Source: Perna viridis
Lineage: Eukaryota
NCBI GenBank assembly: GCA_037379345.1
Contig: CM074519.1
Location: 43,641,669-43,705,668, forward strand
Reading direction: 5' to 3'
Length of the DNA: 64,000 nucleotides
A program made the position numbers and the translations under genes. Below, one piece after another: positions 1 through 15,200 of the stretch. The notes beneath the pieces were generated by a model, which saw nothing but the letters and a program-made list of their open reading frames with translations, was not told where the DNA came from and searched no databases. Position 1 is the stretch's first letter. Each line of letters starts with the position of its first letter.

Positions 1-2850
1 TGTAATGAGTCAAGTTTTTTATGATGTGGTCTTTATTGTTTAAATATGCGTCGATTAAGAATATTCCATTTGAAAATAAACTCAGTGAAAAGTAATTCAT
101 TTTTTATGGAAGTTTATAATGTGTTTCTTCGTATGGCAGATTTAATTCCAATTTTTAAAAAAAATCAGACACTACCAATGGAAGAGGAGATACAGGGTGT
201 AGAAAAAACGTCAAATAAACGATGCGGTTTTCAGTCTACATTTGCCATAAGTTTCTGTTACTATAGTGCTTCTGTATTAAGATGTTTTGGTAGAAAACTA
301 TACATTCACCTCCCTCTTAAATCTACCAAAATGAAGAACGATTTCACTTGCAAACTGCCATTTTCAAATACAATCTAAGTGTATATAAATTTATCATGTC
401 ACAACGAACAACCAAATGACAAATTAAGACTGGTTATGTGGTCTGTATCTGTTTCTCAATTAGAGATAAAGTGAATTCGTTTGGTTTTCGATATGCATGT
501 ATCACTTTCTGTATAATATTTACAAAGACTGCTATGCCTGTTTTTCATTTGCTTGTACAGGTCTATATATTTTGGAACTAATTATAATTTTGATGTTTAA
601 GAAGTTAACTGAATAAAATACCTAAGACATTATTATTCATTGTTTCATTTTTCCCTTCCTACCAGAATTTGATGTAACTTAATTACAGACTGGGATTTCT
701 TTTATAAATACTTGATGACAATCCGTATCGTTCATCGTATTCTAAGGTAACGACCCGTAAAATCCTGAATTTAGTGAAAGTTAAACATTGATATATCATT
801 GAAAATACGGAAAATCCGTAAACACCTCAGAAATTGTAGCTTAAAAATATCATTTTCATATATTTAGTCTTTTCAAATAATGAAACCTGTTTGCTGATGT
901 CTAATTCAGTCAGATTTAGATTTACCCAATAAAAGTTAATTTAAATTAGCAAATCTAGTTTCGAACTCAATAAATACAACTTGATACAACCACTAGTTGA
1001 CCCCTGAAGAAATGGGAAGAGTATGGTTACAATACAGAGGCTTAACACAGATATGAATTTGAATTGCTAAAATTGCTTGACACTTCTAAGGTTTCTTACT
1101 GAAAGGAGAGAAGTAAAACAAATTTCAATTGGATATAAACCTATTATGGAGACCAACGAAAATCCTGATAAAAGGGTCAAAGAACCCTTATAATCAATTG
1201 TTAGTTGAAATTAAATATTTTACTTTGGACCGTGATGTGAACTAATTTGAATAAAATATACTTTAAAAAAGGGAAAATTTTGGTAACTACTTTTTGAAAG
1301 AATAATCAAGGGAACCAAGGTTATAGCGGTAATCCAGGGACCAAGACCAGACATGAAAAAACTCTCATACACAACAAATTACAGATTATCATACACAAAG
1401 TAGGTAGCACCTTAATGTCTCCTTAAAATCATCAAGAAAAAATAAAATACTGCATAATTCCAGGGTTAATTCCCATCCCAGCTTCCTGTTGTGATATAAA
1501 ACCTTATGGTACTATCTCAAACTCAAGTAATTATTTGTAAACCAGAACAATATTTGTTTATGGTCCATCATTTCTTAACTATTCAGACCTGTTTACCCAA
1601 AATTTTAATCATTCCATGATTTTGGATTTAATGCTTCAAAAATTTCCAATAATAAGCTTCAACATCTCTTAGCTTTGTATACTAGGTTTTCTTTTCCATC
1701 TTAAAATCTGAAATGTGTAATTGCCAGTGATCCATACAAAGCGGAGAAAAAAGTAGGAAACATTTTTTTTTGTTTTACAATGTCCAGTCCCCTTTAATAT
1801 GGAGTTCAAAAGAACACACACAAAGAAAACATATCTCATCTTGATAAAAATATACAAAAAATGAAATCATTCTACCTAGCAGAGACTGAAAAAAAAAGTT
1901 CCTCAAATTCAAATATCACCAATCACCAAAAGTGCCCCAGATACCCCTGAAAAAATGATATTTCATGGAATATTAGTAATGAAGTTTCCATTAAAGGTAT
2001 GCACTGGAAACAGTCAGGACAGACAGGCTGAAAGCTAAATTATATTCTTCCTCACTTACCTCATAAACTTTCAACTGTGGAAGTTTGATAAAATTCTATG
2101 AAGGCATTCAAAAGTTATGCCTTGGCAACTAATAGTCGGCCCAAATATTCTTTTGCATTAACAAGAGTTGGCAATAGTAGCCTGCCTGCCAGCCCGAGAC
2201 TGGCTATTTTTTAGCAGGACTGGCTAATTATAGCAAAAATTTAAATAGCCTTATAGTAAATATATTGAAATATTGTATTCAGGACTGGCTAGAATTTGAG
2301 TGAGTTTCCTACTCCAGCATTAAGTACATGTGACCTTGACCTTTGGCCTACTGACCCTCAAATCAGTATTTTCCTTTCCACATAAGCTTCCAACTGTGCA
2401 AGTTTGAAAAAAGTCTATGAAGGGTTTTAAAAGTAATGCCTTTGAAATCAATTCCCCCACAAAGGAGCATCTTCATAATCAAAGGACATAGTTGACAATT
2501 AAGTTGACCCATTTCATTGCTTTAATACATGTAAAAACATGAATTTACAGCTAGTGGTGTTCTGATAATGATTTTCCATCATATCAATATTAAATATCAA
2601 TGACTGTTTGGTGTAAAATTATTTTTCAGCTGACTGGGTTATTTTGGTAAATGGCTGTTAAACTGAGTCACATTTATGATAAATGTGAATGCTGAATAAG
2701 AAATTTAAAAAGAAAAGAATGTCTTACAGAAATGTGAACAATGACACAAATGCCACCACCAACAAAAAATGTCAAATTTTCATTTAAACATAAAATCCTT
2801 ATTGTTATAGATCATTTATATATTTATATCCTATATGGAACCCCTAGACC

Positions 2851-3047
2851 TATATCACATACCTTATATGCACCCCTTCACATGGAGTATGGTTAAAATA
2901 TATAACATAATGAACATGCTGTATCAACCCTCGACCTATATCACCCTACGAGCTGGTGACCCTTGGGATGATATAGGAGTCTCAGGGTGATACAGTATGT
3001 GATACAGATTTTGACATGTAACATTGACATTGTAATATTCAGTATAT
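2851..3047. repeat. Interspersed hairpin-containing repeat, copy 1 (same family as 39340-39540)
   Basis: Shares tatcacatacctt..ggagtatggt..aatgaacatg..ctgtatcaaccctcgacctata..ggagtctc..gatacagtatgtgatacagatttt with the copy at 39340-39540. Confidence 0.75.
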
Positions 3048-3208
3048 ATAACTTTGGAGGACAACAATAGAATTAATCAGAAACCACACATCAGTTGTTC
3101 AATGCAGTATAATTTTAGAAGATCAAAGAAATATTATACCCAGTTGTTTTAAATGTGTATTTTAATCATCAACATAGTACAATATAAAAATTTAACATCA
3201 ACATATCA

Positions 3209-6200
3209 TTAAGTATCATCAAACATGTCTTCTTTCTTGACTGCTTCCCTGCTTGCCTTGATCAAAGCTCGTACCCTGCTTAACATGTACTGAAAAAGAA
3301 ACACCAGTTAAATTTGTTAACTTTTACAAATGAAGACAAGTGTAGCTACTTTGTTAAAAAAAACAATAAAATCTGTTATATACTCTTAAAACAGAAATGT
3401 TGAGGGAAAAAATTACAAAAACAATGGTCTAACTAAATTGAATGACAAAATAAACCTTCTACATCAATTTTACAAAACACCTATCTTACTACCCTTTTTG
3501 CAGAACAGTAAGGACCAATGATCCCATTTAAAAAAGCAAGCTTCATCTAGTAGCAAGAAACAATACATAATAATATCATTTGGTTCAATTAAAATTATTA
3601 AACAGAAAGAAACAAATTTACTACCTCAAAGACAACAGCAGGATCATAATATGACTGCATTTTTTTCAGGTTGTATAAATATGGGTTTTACAATAAAGAA
3701 TGGAGAAATAATTTAATAGGCTGAAGGAGAATTGGTTTTTCTCATGAAACCTGTAGAAAACTCAGAAATGTAAAATGGCGGGAAAACAACAGAAATTTCA
3801 TCATCACTGGTGGTTAAGAAGTCATGTGCATTGATAATTACCGGCTTAGAATGGGAAAAACAATTAATATGTCAAAGTGAGACCATTAGTGAGTTCTTTG
3901 TTCAGTAAATTGCCAAATGAAAGAAATCCACTGTTAAGGGTTTATTGACAAGTTTTAGCTATCAAAAAATCATTGGAACTAAACCAGTTCAAATAAAAGA
4001 ATCTCAGAATCTCAGTGAGCATGCTCAGATACACCATATTGGACATCCATCCATGAAGAACAGTGTCCCTCAATGTTTTTTGAGATATCAAGTCCCACTC
4101 AAGCTTTTAAGAGGACATGTACTTACACTTAAAAAGAAATGTCATACATTCGGGTTAAGGGCCTAAACAATGTTATACAAAATATCCAGGCTTTCAAAAA
4201 GAGAAATAGCCAATCTGAAGAGTTGTAACATATCTACAAACATAGATATTATCTACTTACATTGGAGACATTTTTAGAACTATCTGTGGAAATTGCACTG
4301 TTACTGTCATCATCCGCCACTGGCTGTGAGATTCTTGAGGACCTACAAAATAGTCAAACCACTGACATGCACTAGATTTAAACAATAATATTTGTTCTTA
4401 CTCATCAAAAACATGTTCATAGGAAGCCACATGTTTGTAAATTAGCTGCAGAACATAAGAATATTGTTAATTTATAGTCAGACCTACCATGGGAGAGCAA
4501 AATCATAGTCACATAACTCGTCTTTCTACACAAGTTATTTAACAAAAAAATGCACTACATACGGATATTTATTACAGTTTTTTTAAAACAGATAAATACT
4601 TATGAATACAAGTGGTCCCATGTACCTCCTGTAGTTAATAGTAAGCTTTAACACATTAATATACCTACACATTAGAGGTAGTTAATGGACTAGCTGATAG
4701 TCTCTGTCGTATACTGTCTAATATACCTACACATTAGAGGTAGTTAATGGACTAGCTGATAGTCTCTCTCTCGTATACTGTCTAATATACCTACACATTA
4801 GAGACAGTTAATGGACTAGCTGATAGTCTCTCTGTCGTATACTGTCTAATATACCTACACATTAGAGGTAGTTAATGGACTAGATGGTAGTCTCTCTCTC
4901 GTATACTGTCTAATATACCTACACATTTGAGGTAGTTAATGGACTAGCTGATAGTCTCTCTCTCGTATACTGTCTAATATACCTACACATTAGAGACAGT
5001 TAATGGACTAGCTGATAGTCTCTCTGTCGTATACTGTCTAATATACCTACACATTAGAGGTAGTTAATGGACTAGATGGTAGTCTCTCTCTCGTATACTG
5101 TCTAATATACCTACACATTTGAGGTAGTTAATGGACTAGCTGATAGTCTCTCTCTCGTATACTGTCTAATATACCTACACATTAGAGACAGTTAATGGAC
5201 TAGCTGATAGTCTCTCTCTCGTATACTGTCTAATATACCTACACATTAGAGACAGTTAATGGACTAGCTGATAGTCTCTCTGTCGTATACTGTCTAATAT
5301 ACCTACACATTAGAGGTAGTTAATGGACTAGATGGTAGTCTCTCTGTCGTATACTGTCTAATATACCTACACATTAGAGGTAGTTAATGGACTAGCTGAT
5401 AGCCTCTCTCTCGTATACTGTCTAATATACCTACACATTAGAGGTAGTTAATGGACTAGCTGATAGCCTCTCTCTCGTATACTGTCTAATATACCTACAC
5501 ATTTGAGGTAGTTAATGGACTAGCTGATGGTCTCTCTCTCGTATACTGTCTAATATACCTACACATTAGAGGTAGTTAATGGACTAGCTGATGGTCTCTC
5601 TCTCGTATACTGTCTAATATACCTACACATTAGAGACAGTTAATGGACTAGCTGATAGTCTCTCTCTCGTATACTGTCTAATATACCTACACATTAGAGG
5701 TAGTTAATGGACTAGCTGATAGTCTCTCTCTCGTATACTGTCTAATATACCTACACATTAGAGGTAGTTAATGGACTGGCTGATAGTCTCTCTCTCGTAT
5801 ACTGTCTAATATACCTACACATTAGAGGTAGTTAATGGACTAGCTGATAGTCTCTGTCGTATACTGTCTAATATACCTACACATTTGAGGTAGTTAATGG
5901 ACTAGCTGATAGTCTCTCTCTCGTATACTGTCTAATATACCTACACATTAGAGGTAGTTAATGGACTAGCTGATAGTCTCTCTCTCGTATACTGTCTAAT
6001 ATACCTACACATTAGAGGTAGTTAATGGACTAGCTGATAGTCTCTCTCTCGTATACTGTCTAATATACCTACACATTAGAGGTAGTTAATGGACTAGCTG
6101 ATAGTCTCTCTCTCATATACTGTTTAATATACCTACACATTAGAGGTAGTTAATGGACTAGCTGATAGTCTCTCTCTCGTTTACTGTCTAATATACCTAC

Positions 6201-9200
6201 ACATTTGAGGTAGTTAATGGACTAGATGGTTGCCTCTCTCTCGTATACTGTCTAATATACCTACACATTTGAGGTAGTTAATGGACTAGCTGATAGTCTC
6301 TCTCTTATACTATCTAATTCTTCTGAGCTCTCATCATAGACTTTAACTGGTTTAGATTTTCTAGATGGAGATCTGTTAATCATAATCAATGTATTGGAAA
6401 AGCATGAGCAGAATAGAATGATTAAATAATCATGGATGTCCTGGTCATGCTATTGTAAAGAGAAATTTTGACACTTTAAATATACTTATTTTTACCGTTT
6501 TAATTTTCAATATTTTTGTGGTGGACAGAAAACCAAGGAAAAAAGTACCTGGTGATTTTTTTTTAACTATACAACATTTATCATTTTTAGATACCATGAA
6601 AACTAATACCTGCAAATATGTTCACTTAACAGAATCTGCAAAAATAGCAACCGCAAACAATAATATGTTGCTTTGGTAAGCCTTTTTTTATTTGTTATCA
6701 TCTTCATGCATAGAGAACAAACAATTAAATGAGTTGGTTACATCTCTAAGTAACATTATAACTTTAATGTTTTATACCAATGTTTAAAGTTTCTATTGTT
6801 ACAAATATTTAAACAGTTAACTAACCTTGATTTAGTCCTTGATCTTTTCTTCTTTTTGGACTTTTTGGAAGGTTTTACAGGTGAATCTGACCTTCTTAAT
6901 GATGGTGACCTTGAGCTTTTATATGTTGGTGACCTTGACATTCTAGAAGATTTAAATCTACTGGGAGATCGAGATTCTGACCTGCAAAAAAAATAAATAC
7001 ATGAATAACACAGATTTGTAACTCTCTTAAGCAAATTAAGCACCATTGATCACATTAATTCATATTTCTATCCAAACAAGCAATAATTATTTAACAAAAT
7101 CAATGTAGAAAAATGTTCATTAAGAGAAGCTAAATTCAGTTAAAATTGTGTTACCCAAACATACCAGGAATCTACTTTGCTTGACCAATTATTTGACTAT
7201 TTCTTACCACCTAGGGCAAATGGTATTTTGGTGAGGAAAAAACATTAATTATGTCCCACTTCATAATTGGCAAGTAGAAAATATAGTTCTCTGAAAGGAT
7301 TTGTTAAGTTTTGAAAACAGATTCAAGGGAAGTTAGGTTCAATTAGAGCTTTTCTGTGGAAACGTAATTTATACAAAACTCCTAGAACACTTCCTGTATG
7401 CCACATACACAGTGGAGTAAAGATGCAAGTAGTTGAAATTTAAAGTAACTCATAAGATGAATTAAGCACAATTGGTATATTTCCCTTTAAAAATCAAGTT
7501 TTGTACTGTCAATTCAGAAATTCTTCTGTTCAGTAATATTTGTGATTTGTTGTTTTAACAAAAAATGTAATGTCCATTTTTTTAATTTATAATTTTGAAG
7601 GAACTATCACATTTGAAATGTAAAAATAATCCATAATGTGACTTCAGTTAATCACATTTTCCACAATAAAAACTTAGCAATAATTTCTGAATATACAGCA
7701 GTAGGAGGCAAGCAAATTTTAGAATTAGTTCATTACCTCTTGTTGTAAGCACTTGGTGGTGAGGGAGATCTACGTTTTCTAGGAGACCTTGATCTAGAAC
7801 GAGACCTCTTAGACTTTGTTCTTCTTGGTGACTTTGACCTTGACCTGGAGTATTTTGACCTTGACTTTTTAACCTTTTTAGCTTCAGGTTCTTCATCAAA
7901 TGATACTGGGGTATGTGAACGACTTCCACTTGGTGTAGAATTATCTGAAAAACAAAACTGGATGAAAATTAAATGAACTCTATGTAGAATGGTTCTCCAG
8001 ATGGCATTAGATTAATACAATATCAATAAGGCTTACAAGTAAAAATGTGTGAATGGGAGAAACTACTGTGAAAGTACTTTAATTCGTGGATACCATTTTT
8101 CATGGATTAGGGAAGATACACAAGTTCATGGAATCTTAAATTAGTGGTTTTGTGATTTTCAGTAATCAATGTCCTTTACGTTGGGAATCAAATTTTGTGA
8201 TCAGGCTCACCCTTGAAAATTGGTAACCCACAAACAATAGTACTTTCACAATATTACAGTGCATACAATGATGACAATCAGGGATAGAGTTGGTTTTTCA
8301 TCATTTAAAAATTTATCACTACCTCTTAAAACTCTTAACTTGACAATTGATGAGAAAATTTAAATTGTCTACCATTCCATAGGTATTTAAATTTTCATTT
8401 CAATCACCCAGTTGACTACCTAACGAAGTTCATCATTTAACAGTCATTTAATCAAAAGTAGATCAACTCTTTTTCAACATCCAACTTTTAAACATCATCA
8501 CTGTACGTGTTATGACAAATTTAAATATTCCTAAAATGTTTCAGTGAGAAATTTCTAAGGGTTATTCAATAAAAATGTGTGTCCAGGGGGCAGAATGAGC
8601 ATGATATTCAGTGGTTCCACCAACATGTTAAAATTAACATGCAATACATTTGTCTTCATGAGAAAAATTCAATTTATCTCCTACCAACACATTAATAAAT
8701 CAACCGAGTTCTACCCCACCTCCATACCTCCAGAGACATTTTTATCTTGAATAACCCTAAGGAGAAAAATAATCATACCTTTGCCATCATCATTAGAACC
8801 TTTGGCAGATTTGAGCATATTTATAAACATGGCTGCCTTTCTCTTCCTCTCTGCTTGTATCTGTTTCTCTCTGCTGGCTTTAGATAACTTATCTCTGGCA
8901 GCCTGAGCTAACTTGTCTTTCAGTTTTTCTTCAGCTGAAAATATCAGAAATTTGTCAATACCATTGATGTTAAAACTGATTCTGTCAGCATAAAGAAAGA
9001 ACAGGTTTCTTAAAAAGTGTCACTGTGAAAACAAGATTTTTTATATCATGAGTCCATCCAGTATTTTCCATTTAACAAAATGGGTCAAAGATAGAAATGG
9101 CTGAGTTGCCATAAAATACACCAATTTGGTAAACAGGAAGTAGAAATGCAACAGACCTGAAAATGCTTCCCATTAAAGCATGTAAAGGGAGCTGCCAATA

Positions 9201-12200
9201 CCCCTACATATTTAAAAAATTGCTTTTCATCTTAGAAACTAGTGTTTTTATGCTATGCTTTGATACAAGGGTTGAAAAAATGTAACTTATGGTGTGGACC
9301 TATGTTGTTGTCAGCTAAGAAGTCCATAGCAACCAATTATGCTGATTTTTTGCAAAGTTAACAAAACAATCATTGAACAGATTCATGTGTGAATATGGCT
9401 CTTGCCATCACAAAGAATGGAATATATTTTTATAAGCTAAATATTTGTGCAGGTTACATGTAAAATAGTTCACCGGGCAACTTTTAAGTGCACAATAAGC
9501 AATGGTTTAATAACCTTCGACCTAGAGTGGGCTTTTCAGCATTTGGATATCAGTTCATTCAGATTTCTGAGATTTTTCATGCAATGAGCTTCAAATGCCC
9601 TATTTTGGCATAAAACCTGTGTTAAAAGCTTACAAAACCCTAAATTTAGGGTTTATAAGTACATATGGGTTATCATTTTGTATGTTTTAAGTGGCAATTT
9701 TCATTTAAAAGATGATTATAGCAAAACAAGTGAAATTCATATCTACACTTAGGTATAAGGAAAATTCTCCACTAATGAAGAGGAGATAGCTTAGTATGAG
9801 AATGCCTCTAAAATTGTTATCAATTGTCCAATTATGATAAATTTGGTATCATTTTATTCATAATAAAGTAAGCTTTCAAAAAATTACTAGAAAATTACAA
9901 TATTTAATATTGCATTCTGCTTAAGCCAGCACTCCACATTTTAGTTTAGTTTCGCACTTTTGGCTAGGGATAAAAAATGACATAAATAGAAACCGGTGGT
10001 TGCTATAGTGATTGAAAATGAAGAATCTATTGTTGATAAAACATTTTCCGAAAAAAGGGGACTTTTAAAGGTATTTTGCAATGTTTTATATATTTTCAAT
10101 GTTGAAGGGGCTTTTTTTCAATGACAATTTGACTTCATTGTGAAAGTGAAAGTAAGTCAATTTTTTACCATGCTAAATTTGATAAGTGGATTACAAAGTG
10201 AAATAGGTCAAAATCTACCCGGCGATGCCTATATGAGGATGGGGTTTTCGAAAATGTTTTATCAACAATAGATTCTTCATTTTCAATCACTACAGCAACC
10301 ACCGGTTTCCATTTATGTCCTTTTTCATCCCTAGCCAAAAGTGCGAAACTAAACTAAACTGTGGAGTGCTGACTGATATGAAACCCCATACTTAAAGTTA
10401 CATACCAAATATCTAGTGGCTGTGATTTACATTTGCTGAGAAAAATGTTGAAAAAATATTTTCCCCGGCCAACCTCCTACCCCCCACCTGGTATTCACCA
10501 TTCAATAAGCAGTTTTGCACGAGCTAATAGTAAATAAATAATAACAACTAAGATGGCATCATATTACCATGGAAATGGACATAGTATTGCTATATTTACT
10601 GCAAGTCAATCTGATTAACTTAAAAGAAAAGATTTTGTCTTAACTAAAACCATCTATCAATACAAGAGAATTATCATGTGACTTACAGTGACCTAAATAT
10701 TACTCGTTACACATAAATTTATACTTTCCTACAAGATCTTGTTTCACATACCAAGTTTCTTCTCTGATATTTCAGGGAGTTTATCATCAGAGGACACCCT
10801 ACTGAGTTCTCCATCTACAGGTGTTGATGTCCCTGACTTCATCAATCTGTCTCTAATTCTGTCTGAATCTAACCATGGACAAATAACATCATTTTATACA
10901 GGTTTTCCCAAATCATATCATGATGAGCCAAAATGGTTTTCAAATGACTACTGGCTGTTAGAGGAATAATGCATTTTCAAACTGTATTGACATACTTTTC
11001 ATTTTAAGGAAAATTCCGTAAGAAAACAACCAGAAAACATATAATTTCCTGCAAAATCTGTTTTGTACTAATCCTGAGAAAAAACTTTGTAAACTGTGAT
11101 AGTGAGAGCATATTAAGACATAAGGGTATGTCGAGGTTTAACTATAAATAATGCATCCATGGTGTTTAAATCCAATCGGAAAAATTAAGAGAAGGGGCAC
11201 AAAAAATTCAGAAATATTTTTTTCATGGGAATATAAACAATAAATAATTTCCTAGTTTTCATGGTCTTAGAAACATCACAATATTTTCTAAGTTTACATG
11301 GTATTAAAACCAACACAATGATTTCTAAGTTTTAGTAACCAGGTATTTGACATCATTATGACTGTACAATACATACCTTCCTCCCCACTACTATCATGGT
11401 CAAATAACTTCTTTTTCTTTTCCCCAGTAACTACACCATCTTGATCTTTAGTTTTGTTCTTTATTGAGAAACTTAGCTTGGCTGGTTTATCTTGTTCTTG
11501 TTTTTCTCTTTCTTTCAAAACTTCCTGAATAAAGTTGGTATATCTTAAGTTATAATGCATCTTTTTTTCTCTCAACTTTTGGCATTGCAATCATATATCA
11601 AACCAATGCAAGAAAAAGTATTCACATCTGTAGACATTTTGTTTATCTTGGCAGATGTTTGGTTTAAATCCAAATGCAAAATTAACAAAACAAGTTGTTT
11701 TGTTTTGTGGGATTAAACACAAAATGTACAACTTTTATGGGCATTGCCCAGATATGGTCCATACAAAAATAAAAATTCATTAGAGAAACAGCAAGCCTTT
11801 CTGTAAAAAATTGTAAAGTAAAATTAGTCGTAAGTTATGATGTCATAATAGATCAAACCATTTTGAAGTAATAAATTACGACTAATTTTAACTCTTACAA
11901 TTTTTTTGTGTAAAGGGCTGCAATATCTTATACTGCCGTTTGTGTTGAACTACAATAAATTTTATTTAAATATGCACTGTAAGCCTGGTGCTTTAAATTT
12001 GAAAGTTGAACTCTCAAGGAAAGAAATGGTGTATCACACTGGATGCAGTGTAAGATTCTGTTTCTGTAAAATGTAGATGTGTTTTACATATCAAAAATGA
12101 TTTGTTATTAATTAACAACATAAACTTGCATGTTCTGTTGTTCTAGGTAAACCCCCATTAATGCAGGAAATTTATATTGTACAGCAACCAAAATTGTTTA

Positions 12201-15200
12201 CAACCTATGCCCAATCTATATAAAGCAATACACCAAATTTAAAATCTATCCTTCTTCTCTATCATCTCATATAGTAAAATTTTAAAGTCCTAGAAAACAG
12301 GGACTTGATATGGTACAGCAATCCAAAATCACTTACAATGTATGCCCCATCTATATACAGTCAAATTTTAAATCAATCTATCCACTAGGAGCCAAGATTT
12401 TTGTGACTAAAATTTTCTCTATCACACCATTGGGAGTTGAGATAATTGTGATGAAATTGGGAAGAAATGACAGATGGACAAGGTGATTCCAATATACAAC
12501 CCACTTGCTGAGTGGGGGTATAATAAAATAATTCAAGTCCTATACATACAAAAAGTTAAATTTGATTGAAAACACAAACTAAAACAAATGTATAAGGTTG
12601 TTTAACTAGTTCTTCATGAAAAATGTTTATATAAACCTCTATAAATATCTTCTTTTTAGAGTTGTAGTATCTGAAGTATGAATGCCAAGGCTGTAGAAAT
12701 TCAAATCTTGGATCATTTTTACTTCTGACGACAATCTCAAACTCGACACCATTTTTGGCGACATACATGGCCATACGATCTATAATTGGTTGTATATCTG
12801 GTGGTGGTGGTATAATCCTTGGTTCTAAGGAGGGTCCTATCAACTGTGAAGGCTGAACACTGGGAAAATTAGCAAGATAAATAAGTAAAAGAATGTTAAC
12901 TATGTAAAGTTTTTCACAGTTCATGCAACAGAATATTGCCTTCCATTATTTGTTTTATGTCGTAAAAAGGATCTTGGGAGTTTATCCAGACCTTTTTTTC
13001 ACAAATCAACAAACCAAGCAGAAACTTGCAAAACCAAGTGAAAGTATAAAAGAAAAAAATAAGGTCAAGAGCCTGAATGGCTTTTAGTTCAATGTATACA
13101 GAATAATGTTCTAGCAAAACTTTCTTCAGTGTCTTTAAATTATTTATTTTCCACTATATTTTTCGTTCAAAATCTACTCTTTAGAATCCTTACACAATAT
13201 ACTAATCTTACCTCTGTGGTTTCTCCTCAACCTCTTCCTGTTGTAATACCTGTTGTTGTAAATGAGGAGGTAACAATGGTCCCACTGGCTCCGTACCTGG
13301 AGGGGGTGGCTGGTTAGATACAGGGAGGGTCACTGGTTCCAGCCCAGGAGGGGGAGGCACACCAGGTGCCCCATGATGATAGTCCATAGACTGTACTATG
13401 GAGGAGCTAGTGTCTGGTGGAGGTGGCGTGTTACTTTGGGAATGTGGTGAGTATCTTCCTGAGTCATGTTGAGGCTGAGGTGAGTTACTGAAATATATGA
13501 TTATTATTGTTATCAACATAATGTTCCTGAAGTGTATAACCAAAGGATGAAAAAAATTCCAATATCCCTAAAGCTATGGACAGTTGTACCCTAACAAAAT
13601 GACTACATATTTCTGTGTGTGTCATCAAGTTCTCTGATGAATGAGACACTAGGAACAACAGGAAACAAATGTAGAGAAATTATAAATAAATATATAGTAA
13701 TACAAAGAATAGTAACAGAGAAGTCCAGATTTGTGAAAATGGAAGTCTGTGAATTGATGGAAAAATCAAATCTCTGAACAGTTTAAATCATTTTTCCCAA
13801 TTTGTTACAGGGTAGTTCAACTCCTGGCACAAATATTTCAGAAGATACTAACCTGTTTCTTTCTGATTCTGGTACAGTTTTCTTAAATTTGCTGATCAGT
13901 TTTCCATATGGTGTGTCATGTATGGCAACTGCTGGCATCTTTACTGCTGGAGCTATATTCAAGGTTGGGTTTAATGTCACAGTTGCTGGTTTAACCAAAC
14001 TTGGGTGAAGGTATCCATGGTGACTATGACCTTCATCATCTAATAAAATAAAACCATTCGCTATGAAATGTTATGTTTAGGGAATTGTAATCAAGTCAGG
14101 CTAAAATTTTACAAAGATGGAATGATTTCTTTGTTTTTTTCATATTTGTAGTAATTTTTATAAACCAAGTTTTTATATGATAGTTGTCAAAATATTGGCT
14201 ATAAACAAGATAATCCAAAATACAGCACCATTAGCCTTTGTGTGTTTAGTAATGTACAATTCCATAGTATACTAATTATAGTAATTTTAAAAAAATAAGT
14301 TTCTATAAGATGCCAAGATATTGGCTAAAAAGATGTTCCCAAATACAGCTGCATTAGCATTTGTATGTTCAGTTATGTACAATTTTAGTTAAGACATCTT
14401 GCACAATGAGATTAATTATAAAATTGATTGGGAACGTACAACGAGTTACAGTTTATAATCATTTGTATGGAATTTTATTATTGGTGATTTCATGCAATTT
14501 GACATGGAAACCATACCTTTACCATCATCTTGGTCATCCTCCTCTTTGGCTTCTTTAGGTTTATATTTCCCTGACTTGATCATGCTGACCATATGTTTGT
14601 AATAATGATTCAATGGATCTTCAAAATGTAAGAACTCGAACTGTGGATTCTTGGATTGTTTTGTCTTTATAATTATCTCCATCTGCATTCCATGTGCAGC
14701 AATAAACTTGGCTGTCTTTTCTATAATGGCATGTTGTTTCTCTGTGTCAGGCTGAACGAGAAAGTAAAAAGATAAAAATATGGATATGGAAAAAGATTCT
14801 ATACATTAAATATTTAAATGTTATTTTTTTTTTTTTTAAATGACTTGAAGGTATAGCGTGAAGCCCCTTTTTGTTGATGTTAATCATGTAATCAGAGAGT
14901 ACTATGAGCTCTATGGCAATATGCATGTGCAAATTAGTGGGAGTGAAGAATCATAACACAAAAATACATCATCCAGAGATGATTAGATATGTCACAGAAA
15001 CCTATGCAATGCTTACTCCTTTTTTATGACATTATATACTTTCAAGAATTTAAATCCCAAACAAGTTATTGACGTTACACAAGTCTGTAAAATGCTATAT
15101 GGCTGGCCTAAAACTATATTGAACCAGTGGGTAGGGCTTCAGTTAGGCATTTAAAATTAAAATACTGTGACATTACATATCAACAAAGACTAGTGCCAAG

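Noticed and set aside
46-378. 110-aa ORF at the window start
   Set aside because: No recognisable domain. It could be a terminal exon of an upstream gene but cannot be supported here.
900-1300. Possible decayed non-LTR retrotransposon coding remnant
   Set aside because: Too degraded to assign any motif with confidence.
4659-6318. CRISPR array or tandem coding repeat
   Set aside because: There are no spacers, the 64-bp period breaks frame, and an in-frame TAG follows the first unit.
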